Positions 16,787 to 37,062 of a DNA stretch of 64,000 nucleotides are shown here, piece by piece. Each line of letters opens with the position of its first letter. The stretch's first letter is position 1. Source of the DNA: the human T2T-CHM13v2.0 reference genome, Homo sapiens; assembly GCF_009914755.1 (NCBI RefSeq), contig NC_060947.1. The stretch is one strand, 5' to 3'. Under the pieces are notes generated by a model, which did no database searches, was not told the origin of the DNA, and worked only from the letters and a program-made list of their open reading frames with translations. The translations under genes and the position numbers were made by a program.

Positions 16787-18318
16787 CTGAAGACACATAG
16801 TCCTCAGATTCTCCAACGAAGAAATAAAAGGAAAAATGTTAAATGCAGCTAGCAAGAAGGCGCAGGTTATGTACAAAGGGTGCTTCATCAGGCTAACAGC
16901 AGAACTTTTAGCAGAAATGTGAAAAGCCAGAAGAGACAGGGGTCCTATATTCAGCATTCTTGAAGAAAAAAAATTTCAACTAAGAATTTCATATCCAGCC
17001 AAGCTAAGCTTCATAAGCAAAAGAGAAATAAAATCCTTTTCAGATAAGCAAATGCTAAGATAATTTGTTACCACCAGACCCGTCTTACAAGAGGTCCTGA
17101 AGGGAGTGCTAAATATGGAAAGGAAAGGCCATTACTGGTCACTAGAAATCACACTTAGGTACATAGGTAATTGTCTATGGTATATTGACAATGTTCTATG
17201 TACCTAAATGTGTTTTTGCAGTGCACATCTTAAGCAACCATACAAACAAGTCTGCATAATAACCAGCTAACAACATGATGACAGAATCAAACCTGCACAT
17301 ATTAATATGAACCTTGAATGTAAATGGGCTAGATACTTTAAATTAAAAGCCACAGAGTGCAAGTTGGTTAAAGAATCAAGATCCAACTGTTTAGAAAAGA
17401 CCCATCTTGTATGTAATGACATGCATAGGTTTAAATTAAAGGAACAGAGAAAAATCTACCAAGTAAACAGAAAGCAGAAAGCAGGAAAAGGCAGGTGTTG
17501 CTATTCTAATTTCAGGAAAAATAGACTTTAAACCAACAATGATCAAAAAAGACAAGGAAGGGCATTACATAATGGTAAAAATTTCAATTCAACAAGAAAA
17601 CCTAACTATCCTAAATATGTATGCACCCAACACAGGAGCACCCATATTCATAAAGCAAGTTATTATAGACATACAAACAGACTTAGATAATCACACAGTA
17701 ATAGTGGGGGACTTCAACTCCTCACTAACATTATTAGAAAGATAATCGAGGAGAAATCCAACAAAAATATTCGGGGCCAGAAATCAACATTAGACCAAAT
17801 GGGCTTAACAGACATCTACAGAACTATACATGCAAACATAACAGAAATTACATTCTTTGCATCTGCACATGGCACAAACTCTAAAATTGACCACATAATA
17901 AGCCATAAAACAACCTTCAGCAAATTCAAAAATAGAAAAATTATATGGCACTCACACACAGAGTACAGCACAATAAAAATAGAAATTAATACTAAGAAAA
18001 TCACTCAGAAGCATACAATTACATGGGAATTAAACAATCTGCTCCTGAGTGATTTTTGGATAAGAAATGAAATTAGAGCAGAAATCAAGAAATTCTTTGA
18101 AACTGACAAGAACAACGATTCAACATACCAGAATCTCTGCAACTCAACTAAAGCAGTGTGAAGAGGGAAATTTATAGCACTAAGCGCCAACATCAAAAAC
18201 TTAGAAAGATCACAAATTAGAAACCTAACTTCACACTAAAAGGAACTAGAGAAGCAAGTGCAAACTAATCCCAAAGCTAGCAGAAGACAAGAAATATCCA
18301 AACTCAGAGCACAACTAA

Positions 18319-20591
<2,273 letters not shown>

Positions 20592-23500
20592 GGGTCAACA
20601 AATCCAAGAACTAGTATTCTGAAAGAATACATAAGATTGATAGATTGTTAGCTAGAATAATAAGGAAAAACAAAAGAAGATCCAAATAAACACAATCACA
20701 AATGACAAAGTGTTTCTGATCACACAGAAATACAAAAAAAAAACTCCTAAGAAGTAGTGTGAATAGCTTTATGCACACAAACTAGAAAACCTTAAAATGG
20801 ACACATTTCTTAAAACATATAATTTTCCATAATAAAACCAAGGGGAAATTGAATCCCCAGACAGACCAATATCAAGGTCCAAAACTGAATCAATAATAAA
20901 AAGCCTACCAACCAGGAAAAGCTCAATACCAGATGGGTTCACAGCCAAATCCTACCAGACATGTAGAGAAAAACTGAAACAATTCCTACCGAAACTCTTT
21001 CATAAAATTGAGGAGGGACTCCTCCCTTACTCATTCTATGAGGCCAGCAGAATCCTGATACCAAAACCTGGCAGAGGCACAACAAAACAAGTTTAGGCCA
21101 ATATTATTGATGAACATAGGTGCAGAAATACTCAATAAAATATTAGCAAAACAACTCCAGCAAAACATGAAAAAATCTAAGCCTCCAAGATCAGGAAGGC
21201 TTTATCCTTGGGGTGTAAGTTTCGTTCAACATACACAAATAAATAGATGTAACTCACCACATAAACTGAACTAAAAATATAAACATGATTATCTCAATAG
21301 ATATAGAAAAGGATTTCAATGAAATTCAACATGTATTCATTTTAAAAGCCATCAACAAACTAGGCATTGAAGAAACATATCTCAAAATAATAAGAGCCAT
21401 GTATGACAAACCCATAGTCAACATCATACTGAATGAGCAAAACACTGGAAGCATTCCCCTTGAGACCTGTAATAAAACAAGGATGCCCATTCTCACAACT
21501 GTTATTCAACATAGTACTGGAAGCCCTTGCCAGAGCGATCACACAAAGGAAAGAAATAAAAGGCACCCAAATAGGAAGAGAGGAAGTCAAACTATCTCTT
21601 TTTGCAGACAACATGATTCTACACCAGGTAAATCTCACAGTCTTCACTCAAAAGCTCCTAGATCTGATAACCAATTCCAGCAAAGTTCCAGGCTACAAAA
21701 TGAATATACAAAACTCCATAGCATTTCTTTCAACGAACAATCTCTAAGCTGACAGCCAAATCAAAAATGCAATCCAATTAATAATCATGATAAAATGAAT
21801 AAAATACCTAGAAATATAGCTAACCAGGGAGGTGAAAGATCTCTACAATGAGAATTACAAAACAGTGCTCAAAGAAATCAGAGATGACACAAACAAATGG
21901 TAAAACATTCTATATTTATGGATTGGAAGAATCAATATTGTTAAAATGGCCATACTGACCAGAGCAATCTATGGATTTGACACTGTTCCTATCAAACTAC
22001 CAATGTCATTTTTAGCAATTGAAAAAACTATTTTAAAATTCATATGGAACTAAAAAAAGAGCCTGAATAGCCGAAGAAATCCTAAGCAAAAAGAACAAAG
22101 CTGAAAGTATAACATTACCTGACTTCAAACTATATTACAAGGCTAAAGTAACCAAAATAGCATAGTACCAGTGCACAAACAGACACACAGAACAATGGAA
22201 CAGAATAGATATCCCAGAAATAAAGCTACACACATAAAACCAGCTGAACTTTCATAAAGTTTATATAAACAAGCAATGGGGAAAGGGCTCACTATTCAAT
22301 GAATTGTACTGGGATAACTGGCTAGCCACAGGCAGAATATTAAAGCTGGTCTCCTTCATTACATCATATATAAAAATCAACTCAAATGGGTTTAAGACTT
22401 AAATGTAAAACCTACAAATATAGAAACCCTGAAAGCTAACCTAGGCAATACCATTCTAGACATAGGACCTGGCAAAGATTTTATGATGGGTTGCCAAAAG
22501 TAATTTCAACAAAACAAAAATTGATAAAAGGGATCTAACTAAACTAAAAAAAATTTCCTCACAACAAAATAAGCTATCAACAGAGTAAGTAGACAACATA
22601 CGGAATGGGAGAAAATATTTGCAAACTACAAGTCTGACAAAGATCTGACATCCAGAATCTATAAGATACTTAAATGAATTAACAAGCAAAAAACAAACAA
22701 TCCCACTAAAAAGTGGGCAAAGGATGTGAGCAGACACTTTTCAAAAGAAGACATACATGTGGCCAACAAGCATATGAAAAAATGCTTAACATCACTAATC
22801 ATTAGGGAAGTGCAATTCAAAACCACAATTAGATGGTATCTCATACCAGTCAGAACGACTACTATTAAAAGTCAAAAAATAGCAGATGCTGGTGAGGCTG
22901 TAGAAACATAGGTAGGCTTATACAGTGCTGGTGAGAATGTAAATTAATTCAACCATTGTGGATAGCAGGATGTTGGTTTCTCAGAGACGTAAAAACAGAA
23001 GTACCATTGACCCAGCAATCCCATTATTGGGTATATATCCAAAGGAATAAAAATCTTTCTACCATAAAAATCCTTCTGCCATAAAGACACATGTTCATTG
23101 CAGCACTATTCACAATAACAAAGTCGTGGAATCAACCTAACTGCCCATTACCGGTGGTCTGGATAAAGAAAATGTGCTATATTTCTTTATCCAGCCATAA
23201 GAAAGAATAATGAGATCATGTCCTTTGCAGCAACATAGATGGAGCTAAAGGCTATTGCCCTAAGCAAACCTATGCAGAAACAGAAAACCAAATATCACAT
23301 GTTCTCACTTTTAAGTGGGAGCTAAACATTGAGTACACATGGACACAAAGAAGGAAAAAACAGACACCAGGGTTTACTTGAGGCTGGAATGTGGGGGGAG
23401 GAAGTGGATTGAAAAGCTACCTATTGGGTACTATACTTAATACCTGGGTGATGAAATAATCTGCACACCAAACCTTTATGACATACAATTTAGTGATATA

Positions 23501-26500
23501 ACAAACCTGCGTATGTAGCCCTGAGCCTAAAATAGAAATTTAAAAATTAAAATAATAAGATAAAATTTTAAAAAAGAAATATATAATACAAAAACATATA
23601 AACTCTGGCACCAAAATGACAAATTATCAGGCGGAAGGTAACATTCTAGAATTTTTGTATGCTACTGAAGTTAAGTTGTTATTGCTGCAAAATATTCTAT
23701 TATAACTATAAGATATTTTATGTAAGCCTCGTGGTAACCATAAAGCAAAAACTATAGCATATACACAAAAAATTTAATGAAAGGAATCAAAACAGCACTA
23801 CAGAAAATAACCAAATCACAAAGATAAACAACAGGAGAAGAAACAAAGGTTCTACAAAACAAGCAGAAAATAGTTAACAAAATGACAGTAGTAAGTCCTT
23901 ACATGTCAATTACTCTGAATGTCAATGAGTTAAATTCTCCAATCAAAAGATATAGAGTGGCTGAATGGACTTAAAGAAACAAGACGCAACTAACTATATG
24001 CTGCCCACAAGAGATCTACGTTAGCCTTAAGGACATAGGCTGAAAGTGAAGGGATGGAAAAAGATATTCCATGACAATGATAATCAAATGAGGGTAGAAG
24101 TGGCTATAGTAAAATAGACTTCAATTCAAAAACTGTCAAAAAAAACATGGTCATTATTTAATGATACAGGGCTCAATTCATCAAGAAAATATAACAACTG
24201 TACATGTAGATCCACTCAACATTAGAACACCTAAGTATATAAAGCAAACATTAATGAACATAAAGAAAAAATAGATATCAATACAATAATATTGGGGGGC
24301 ATTAATACCCCACTTTCAACAATGAACAGATTAACCAGACATAAAATTAATAAGGAACTGCTGAAAGTAAACTGCGCTTTAGACAAAATGGACCTAAAGG
24401 ATATATACAAAACCTTCTATCCAAATGCAGCAGAATACATATTCTTCTCTAGTGTATATGTTACATTCCCCTTGAAAGACCGTATAGTATGTCACAAAAC
24501 AAGTCTTAACAAATTTAAGAAGATCAAAATTGTATCACATACTGTTTCCCACCACAATGACAGAAAACTAGAAATCAGTAACAATTTTGGAAAATTCACT
24601 AATGCGTAAAAATTAAAAAAAAATGCTCCTGATTAACAAATGTGTCAAGAAGGAAATCAAAAGGGAAATTTTTAAAACCTTGAGAAAAATGACAATGGAA
24701 ACATAACATGCCAAAACCTATAGATGCAGCAAAAGCAGTTCTAGGAGGGAAATTTATAGTGATAAGTGTCTTCATTTAAAAAGAGAAGATCTCAACTAAA
24801 TAGCCAAACCTTACGTCTCATGGAAATAGAAAAACAAGAACAAACTAACAGAAAGTGGATAAATTACAACAAACAAATTAGAAATATAAAGGGTCATATG
24901 GTCCTTCTGATCTCAGCTGGGCAAATGAAAAAGGGTTATATGAAACTGTCATAAACAATTATATGCCAAAAAATCTGATAACCTACAGAAAATGTATAAA
25001 TTTCTAGAAAAAATACAACCTATCAAGGTTGAATCAGGAAGAAACAGAAAGCCTGAATAAACCACTAGCAAAGAGATTGTAATATTAATTGTAAACCTCC
25101 CCTCAAAGAGAAGCCCTGGACCAGATGGTTTTACAGCTGAAATCCACCAACAATTCAGAGAAGAATTAATACTAATATTTCTTAAACTCCTCAAAAAAGT
25201 ATTGTTGGAGAGAATGCTTCCCAACACATCTTATAAGGCCAGCATAACATTGAAACCTAAGCCAGACAAAGACAACACAATGAAAGAACACTAAAGGCCA
25301 ATATTTCTTATAAACGTCGATGCAGAAATCCTTAATACCATGTTAGCATACTGAATTAAACAGCACATCAAAAAGATTATACATCGTGATCAAGTGGGAT
25401 TTACCCTGGTATGCACAGCTGGTTTAATACATGCAAATCAATCAATGTGTTGCATCACATCAACAGACTGAAAGACAAAAACAGCATGATCATCAATTGA
25501 CATAAAAAGTGTTCAACAAAGTTTAATATTCTTTACTGACAAAGACCCTTAACAGTTTAGATATGGAAGGAAAATTCCTCAGCATAATAAAGGCCATTTA
25601 TGAAAAACCCACAGCTAACATCATAATCAATGAGGAGAAACTAAAAGCCTTTCTTTCCTCTGCTACCTGATGCAAAACAAGGATGGCCACTTTTGCCACT
25701 TCTATTCAGCATACTAGTGGGAGTGCTATCAAGAGCAAATAGACAAAAATAAGACCTAAAAAAACAAATCAGAAAGAAAGAAGGAAAATTATCTCCATTT
25801 GAAGATGACATGATCATATATGTAGAAACCCCCAAAGACGCCACCAAAAAACTATTAGATCTAATAAACAAATTCAGCAAAGTTGCAGGATATAAAATCA
25901 ACATACAAAAATCTGTGGCATTTGTATACACATAAGGAATTAACTGAAAAGAAAACCAAGAAACCAATCCCATTTACAATAACATCAAAGAAAATAGAAT
26001 ACTTACAAGTAAATTTATCCAAGGAGGTAAAAAACCTGTACACTGAAAACTACAAAACATTAATAAAATAGGGGGAGGAGCCAAGATGGCCAAATAGGAA
26101 CAGCTCCGGTCTACAGCTCCCAGCGTGAGCAACGCAGAAGACCGGTGATTTCTGCATTTCCATCTGAAGTACCGGGTTCATCTCACTAGGGAGTGCCAGA
26201 CAGTGGGCGCAGGTCAGTGAATGCGCGCACCGTGCGCCAGCCGAAGCAGGGCGAGGCATTCCCTCTCTCGGGAAGCCCAAGGGGTCAGGGAGTTCCCTTT
26301 CCTAGTCAAAGAAAGTGGTGACAGATGGCACCTGGAAAATCGGGTCACTCCCACCCGAATACTGCGCTTTTCCGACCGGCTTAAAACACGGCGCACCACG
26401 AGATTATATCTGGCACCTGGCTCAGAGGGTCCTACGCCCTCGCAGTCTCGCTAATTACTAGCACAGCAGTCTGAGATCAAACTGCAAGGCGGCAGCCAGG

Positions 26501-26977
26501 CTGGGGGAGGGGCGCCCGCCAATGCCCAGGCTTGCTTAGGTAAACAAAGCAGCCGGGAAGCTCCAACTGGGTGGAGCCCACCACAGCTCAAGGAGGCCTG
26601 CCTGCCTCGGTAGGCTCCACCTCTGGGGGCAGGGTACAGACAAACAAAAAGACAGCAGTAACCTCTGCAGACTTAAATGTCCCTGTCTGACAGCTTTGAA
26701 GAAAGCAGTGGTTCTTCCAGCACGCAGCTGGAAATCTGAGAATGAGCAGACTGCCTCCTCAAGTGGGTCCCTGACCCCTGACCCCCGAGCAGCCTAACTG
26801 GGAGGCACCCCACAGCAAGGGCAGACTGACACCTCACACGGCACAGTACTCCAACAGACCTGCAGCTAAGGGTCCTGTGTGTTAGAAGGAAAACTAACAA
26901 ACAGAAAGGACATCCACACCAAAAACCTATCTGTACATCACCATCATCAAAGACCAAAAGTAGATAAAACCACAAAG

Positions 26978-27992
26978 ATGGGGAAAAAACAGAGCAGGAA
27001 AAACTGGAAACTCTAAAAAGCAGAGCCCCTCTCCTCCTCCAAAGGAACGCAGCTCCTCACTAGCAACAGAACAAAGGTGGACCGAGAATGACCTTGACGA
27101 GCTGAGAGAAGAAGGCTTCAGACGATCAAATTACTCCGAGCTATGGGAGGACATTCAAAACAAAGGCAAAGAAGTTGAAAATTCTGAAAAAAGTTTAGAA
27201 GAATGTATAACTAGAATAACCAAAACAGAGGAGTGCTTAAAGGAGCTGATGGAGCTGAAAACCAAGGCTCGAGAACTACATGAAGAATGCAGATGCCTCA
27301 GGAGCCGATGTGATCAACTGGAAGAAACGGTTTCAGCGATGGAAGATGAAATGAATTAAATGAAGTGAGAAGGGAAGTTTAGAGAAAAAAGAATAAAAAG
27401 AAATGATCAAAGCCTCCAAGAAATATCGGACTATGTGAAAAGACCAAATCTACCTCTGATTGGTGTATCTGAAAGTGACGGGGAGAATGGAACCAAGTTG
27501 GAAAACACTCTGCAGGATATTATCCAGGAGAACTTCCCCAATCTAGCAAGGCAGGCCAACATTCAGATTCAGGAAATACAGAGAACGCCACAAAGATACT
27601 CCTCGAGAAGAGCAACTCCAAGACACATAATTGTCAGATTCACCAAAGTTGAAATGAAGGAAAAAATGTTAAGGGCAGCCAGAGAGTAAGGTCGGGTTAC
27701 CCTCAAAGGGAAGCCCATCAGACTAACAGCAGATCTCTCTGCAGAAACTCTACAAGCCAGAAGAGAGTGGGGGCCTGTATTCAACATTCTTAAAGAAAAG
27801 AATTTTCAACCCAGAATTTCATATCCAACCAAACTAAGCTTCATAAGTGAAGGAGAAATAAAATCCTTTACAGAAAAGCAAATGCTGATTTTGTCACCAC
27901 CAGGCCTGACTGACAAGAGCTCCTGAAGGAAGCCCTAAACAAGGAAAGGAACAACCGGTACCAGCCACTGCAAAATCATGCCAAAATGGAAA
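26978..27992 (+). pseudogene. L1 ORF1p remnant (frameshift and stops)
   Basis: ATG GGG AAA AAA CAG at 26978; fragment KRPNLPLIGVSESDGENGTKLENTLQDIIQENFPNLARQ; no continuous ORF; end approximate. Confidence 0.85.
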
Positions 27993-28054
27993 GACCATTG
28001 AGACTAGGAAGAAACTGCATCAACTAATGAGCAAACTAACAAGCTAACATCACA

Positions 28055-31880
<3,826 letters not shown>

Positions 31881-33405
31881 AAAATGAGAACACATGGACA
31901 CAGAAGGGGAACATCACACTCTGGGGACTGTTGTGGGGTGGGGGGAGGGGGAGGGATAGCATTGGGAGAGATACCTAATGCTAGATGACGGCTTAGTGGG
32001 TGCAGCACACCAGCATGGCACATGTATACATATGTAACTAACCTGCACATAGTGCACGTGTACCCTAAAACTTAAAGTATAATAATAATAAATAAAATAA
32101 AGAAAAACAAACATTAATAAAATAAATTGAAGAGGATGCAATTAGATGTAATTATATTCCATACTCAATGATCAAAAGAAGAAATATTGTTAAAATGTTT
32201 ATACTACCTAAAGCAATATAAAAATTCAATGCAATCTGTATCAACATTCCAATGGCATTCCTCACAGAAATAGGAAAAGCAATCCTAAAATTCAAATGGA
32301 GCCACAACACAAAAGACTTCAAATAGCCAAAATAATTTTAAGAAGAAAAAACGAAGTTGGAGGCATCACACTTCCTGATTTCAAGTTATATTACAAAATT
32401 GTAATAATCAAAACAATGTGGTACTTGTATAAAAACAGACACATAGATCAGTGGAATAAAATAGAGAGACCAGAAATAAATTTTAAAAAATCATCAACTA
32501 ATTTCAACAAGGGCACCCAAAAGACACAATGAGAAAAGGATAGTCTCTACAATAAATGGTGCTGAGAAAACTGGATTTCCATACACAAAAAAAATGAAAT
32601 TAAACCTTTATCACTCACCATATACAAAAGTTAATTCAAAATGGATAAGAGACCTAAATGTGAGACCTGAAACCATAAAATTCTTAGAAGAAAACATAGG
32701 AGAAAATCTCCTTGACATTGGTCTTGGCAACAATTTCTTGGATATCACACCAAAATCTGAAGCTACAAAACAAAAATAAATAAATAGGTCTATATCAAAC
32801 TAACCTTCTGCATAGCATCAAAAACAGCCAAAAAAATGAAAGGGCAACCTATATATTTGAAGAGAAATATTTGTAAACCATAAGTAAAATGAGGTTAATA
32901 GTCATGATTTATAAAGAACACATGCAACTCAATAGACAATATATAACCAAATTTTAAAATGGGCAAAGAACTTAAATAGACATTTTTCCAAAGACGACAT
33001 AGAAATGGTCAACAGGTACATGAAAAGATGCTCACTATTATTCATTATCAAGGAAATGCAAATCAAATCCACACACCCATAAGGATAGCTATTTTCAAAA
33101 AGACAAGCAATAACAAGTGTTGGTGAGGATATGGAGAAACGGGAACTCTTGTATACCACTGGTGGGAATGTAAATTGGTGCAGCTATTAAGGAAAATAGT
33201 ATGGAGGTTCCTAAATAAATAAAATTAGAACTGCCATATGACCCAGCAATCCTTATTCTGGGTACATACCAAAAGGAAGTGAAATCACAACTTCATAAAG
33301 ATGTCTGCGCTTTCATGTTCATTGCAGCATTATTCACAATAGCCAAGATATAAAAACAACCTAGGTATCCATCAGCGGACAAATGAATAAAGAAACTGTG
33401 GTATA

Positions 33406-33738
33406 CAGTTATGCATTGCATAATGGACTTTTGATCAACAATGAACTGTATATACAATGGTGGTCCCATAAGACTTTAATACCTTACTTTTACTGTACTT
33501 TTCTATGTTTAGATACACAAACACTATTGTGTAACAATTGCCTACAGTACTCAGTACACTTCCAGGCTGTACATGTGTATGGCCTAGGAACAATAAGTTA
33601 TACAATATAGCTTAAGTGTATAGTAGATTACACCATCTAGGTTTGTGAAAGTACACTCTATGTTGTCCCCACAATGATGAAATCACCTAACAACACATTT
33701 ATCAGAATGTATTCCCATCATTAGGTAATACATGGCTG
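33406..33738. mobile_element. Tigger3a/MER7-type DNA-transposon MITE inside the L1MA8 3' region
   Basis: Ends CAGTTATGCATT...AATACATGGCTG (imperfect TIRs) with TA duplication at 33404-33405 and 33739-33740; internal GGTGGTCCCATAAGA. Confidence 0.85.
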
Positions 33739-34269
33739 TACATATACAATGGAGTATCATTCAGCCTTAATAAAGGAGAAGATCCTGCCATTTCCCACAA
33801 CATGGATGGACCTGGAGGACATTATGCTAAGTAAAATAAGCCAGACACAGAAAGAAGAATATTGCATAATCTCATTTATATGTGGGATTAAAAAAATAGG
33901 TCAAGTATATAGAGATATAGAATAAAACAGTGGTTACCAGGGTGAGAAAGAAGTAGGAAATAGGGAGATGTAGATCAAAGGATACAAAGTAGCAAATATG
34001 TAGGATGAATAATTTGAAAGATCTAATGTACAACATGAGGACTATAATTAATAATAGTGTATTTTATTCAGTACTTTAGCTAAATGAATAGATTATAGCT
34101 GTTCTTACCAGGGGTAGAGGGGGAAATGAGTAACTACGTTAGATGATGGATAGGTTAATTTGTTCCACTATAGTAACCATATATCTTATTACATCTTGTT
34201 GTATATCTTAAATAAAAACAACAAATTTATTTTTTAAAAAAAGAGGAAGTAAAGAAAGGCAATGCAAAA

Positions 34270-34430
34270 GTTGTAAACATCACTGGCACTGGCCAGAACA
34301 TAGTCAAATGGTAACACCTAGCTGCAACAGAGGCTTGGAAACACAGTCCTGAGCTGGGCTGCCTTGCATTCAGTTAAAATTTTCATTACTACAGAATAGA
34401 TGAACTAATATTGAGCAGGTAGCAGACTAT
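34270..34430. mobile_element. Old MLT1-type LTR fragment
   Basis: CACTGGCCAGAACATAGTCAAATGGTAACACCTAGCTGCAACAGAGGCTTGGAAA resembles MLT1J/K. Confidence 0.5.
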
Positions 34431-35169
34431 ACCTCACACAGCAAAGAAAGTAAAAAACTCATGCTTGGTTTACAAGCAGTCTACAGCCTGACTCTTCCAC
34501 TACTTGTCTTCTAACACACATATAGCTGTGAGAAACAGCCCAGCCTCTCTTCCCAGCAAATTATTATAAGCCCAATAAAATTAAGTCCTTCTATTTGTGT
34601 AGTCTTTTTTAGAGTTGAGAAACCTATAAATCCCAGTTTTGTGTTACCTTAACCAAGCGACACGGTATCTTTGAGCCTGTTTCTTCACCCATCAAATGAA
34701 GTTCTAAGTTTCAAATACAATAAGAGATATAAAAATTATCTGTAAACTGTATTTCCTTATACAACTGAGAGTCATTATTATAATAAGAGAAAATCTCAGT
34801 CGGATCCTTATAGCCAAGCTCTGAGAAAGGCAGCCCCAGCCTTTCCTCTGCAGCTGCCCCCTAAGATAGGGTTCAAACATGGAATTTCCATTATACTAGC
34901 CTTTTTTTCTGTACTGGCCTCTATTACAAATTTCTATTTCAGCTGCCAGGAGAAGAGGACTAAGATAAGGCAGTGCATAGAAATTTGTTCCATTCTGTAA
35001 ATCTATGAACTGCTGAAAAGCTATTGCCTTAATGAGTCATTGATAACATCATTATTTAAGTGTTAATCTTTTGTTGGGTATCCTATAATGCAGAGAATAG
35101 GGAACAGATCTTGTTCTCAAGTAACCATAGTCTGGGTTAGTTCAATACAGCAGGTATGTTTTAGAATCA

Positions 35170-35430
35170 CCCAAGGTTAGATTCAAATCCCAGCTTCTGA
35201 GCTTTACCACTTAAATCCCAGCTTTACCACTTAAATCCCAGCTTTACCACTTAATGGTTGTGTGGTCTTTGGCAAATGACTTAGCCTCTCTGATCTTCAG
35301 TTTCCTAATCCATAAAATAAGGATAATCATAGTTTCCACTGGCATAGGGTAGGTACTAAAGATTTAACTGGTGAATGAATGCATTGTATGTGGATAGTTT
35401 AGGGGTGTGCCTGGCACACAACAGATGCCA
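35170..35430 (+). mobile_element. MIR SINE with an internal 20-bp tandem repeat
   Basis: GGTTAGATTCAAATCCCAGC...GGCAAATGACTTAGCCTCTCTGATCTTCAGTTTCC. Confidence 0.7.
35201..35254 (+). repeat. Perfect 20-bp tandem repeat x2.7
   Basis: GCTTTACCACTTAAATCCCA GCTTTACCACTTAAATCCCA GCTTTACCACTTAA. Confidence 0.95.
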
Positions 35431-35584
35431 GGCCTCTTCCTCCAAGATTAAGGCCCTATTACTAGTAAACGTGCCCTAAATATTCACTGAGAATGATAAC
35501 CAGAAGGCGAAATGACTATCTTTTTATTCCAATATGTTGCTTCCAAGTAGAAAAAACACTAGGGTGCAGGGTGGGTGACATGGT

Positions 35585-36325
35585 ATTCATCATTCATTTA
35601 TTCTCACATTTCTTCATGCACTCATTCATCCAATTAATCAAGAAATACCTATAAGCATCCATTTTGCACCACACCCTATGCTAGCTGCTGAGGAATTGTT
35701 GACAGTTAAAATTGACATGGCTCTTGATCTCATGGTACTCACAATCTACTGGAAAATACATATCAATGGATGATTATAATATGGCATAATAACAGCTATA
35801 TTAATAAGAAGTTCTGGGTATCATGGAAGTTCAGAGAAGGAACACTTAACTCAGCTTGGGTAGAAAGAAATTTCAGTGAAAATTTCCCTGAGAAGGCAAT
35901 GCTGGAGATAGGTCTTGAAGGACAAGTAAAAGGTTGCCAAGTGAAGAGGAGTGGGGAATAGAGCATGGTATGCAGAGGGAACAGGAAGTGCACAGATTGG
36001 AGTCAGAAGAAAGCCAAGAATCTTCAAAAACCTTAAAAATGTCAAAGTTATTGAACAGAAGAATGCAAAGGAGGGATGGAAAGAGATAGGGGTGGAGAGC
36101 TAAGTTAGTAATACCATGTGGAGATGTATAGGCTGGGTTCAAGAGATTGTTCTTTATCCTAAGAGCAACTGGAAATGTAATAAATAGGAGAGTGTCATGA
36201 CCAGCTTTACATATTAGAAAGACTATTCTGACTGCTGCATGGAAAATAGATTGAAGGGTGGATTGAAGGGCTTGGGACACAGTGACAATGATGATGGAGA
36301 AAAGTAGACTGATTAAGACAAGGTA
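35585..36325 (-). mobile_element. L2 fragment
   Basis: (CATT)n-like tail, then typical antisense L2 body (GAAAGACTATTCTGACTGCTGCATGGAAAATAGATTG). Confidence 0.65.
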
Positions 36326-36329
36326 GGTA

Positions 36330-37062
36330 CACAGTCAGAATAGCTATTATTAAAAAGCCAAAAAACAACAGATGTTGACAAAGATGCAGAGAAAAGGGAA
36401 CATTTACACACTGTTGGGGGAAATGTAAATTAGCACAACCTCTATGGAAAACTATATGGGGATTTCTCAAAGAACTAAAAATAGAACTACCATTTCGTCC
36501 AGCAATCCCACTACTGGGTATCTACCAAAAGGAAAACAAATTATTATATCAAAAAGGTATCTGCACTCACATGTTTATCACAGCACTATTCACAATAGCA
36601 AAGATATGAAATCAAACTAAGTGTCCATCAATGGAGGATTAGATAAAGAAAATGTAGTATATGTATACCATGAAATACTACTCAGTCATAAAAAAGAATA
36701 AAATAATGGTTTTTGCAGAAACACAGATGGAACTAGTGGCCATTATTTTAAGTGAACAACTTAGAAACAGAAAGTCAGATACCACATTTTTTCACTTATA
36801 ATCAGGGGCTATATAGGTTGGTGCAAATGTAAGTGCAGTTTTTGCCATTAATAGATAATGTGCACACATGGACATAGAGTGTGGAATAGTAGACATTGGA
36901 GACTTGGAAGGGTGAGAGGTGTTGAGGGATAAGAAATTACTAACGGTATAATGTACACTATTCATGTGATGGTTACACTAAAAGCCTAGAGGTCACCACT
37001 AACAGTATATCCCTATATCAAAACTGCATTATACTCCCTAAATTTATACAAAAAAAAAAAAA
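36330..37062 (+). mobile_element. L1PB4-like 3' fragment
   Basis: GACATAGAGTGTGGAATAGTAGACATTGGAGAC...GATGGTTACACTAAAAGCC...polyA. Confidence 0.8.
36814..36851 (+). mobile_element. Solo Hsmar1/MADE1 terminal inverted repeat
   Basis: TAGGTTGGTGCAAATGTAAGTGCAGTTTTTGCCATTA resembles the Hsmar1 TIR TTAGGTTGGTGCAAAAGTAATTGCGGTTTTTGCCATTA; interrupts the L1PB4 at a TA. Confidence 0.8.

Noticed and set aside
15939-16792. Clean TSD for the MER11 LTR
   Set aside because: The flanks (CCCCAA vs CTGAAG) match too poorly to call.
26300-26522. Intact antisense ORF0
   Set aside because: The start codon reads TTG instead of ATG (+ strand GCCCGCCAATG) and there is an in-frame TAG (AATTAG) near 26451; only the C-terminal part appears in ORF 26214-26399.
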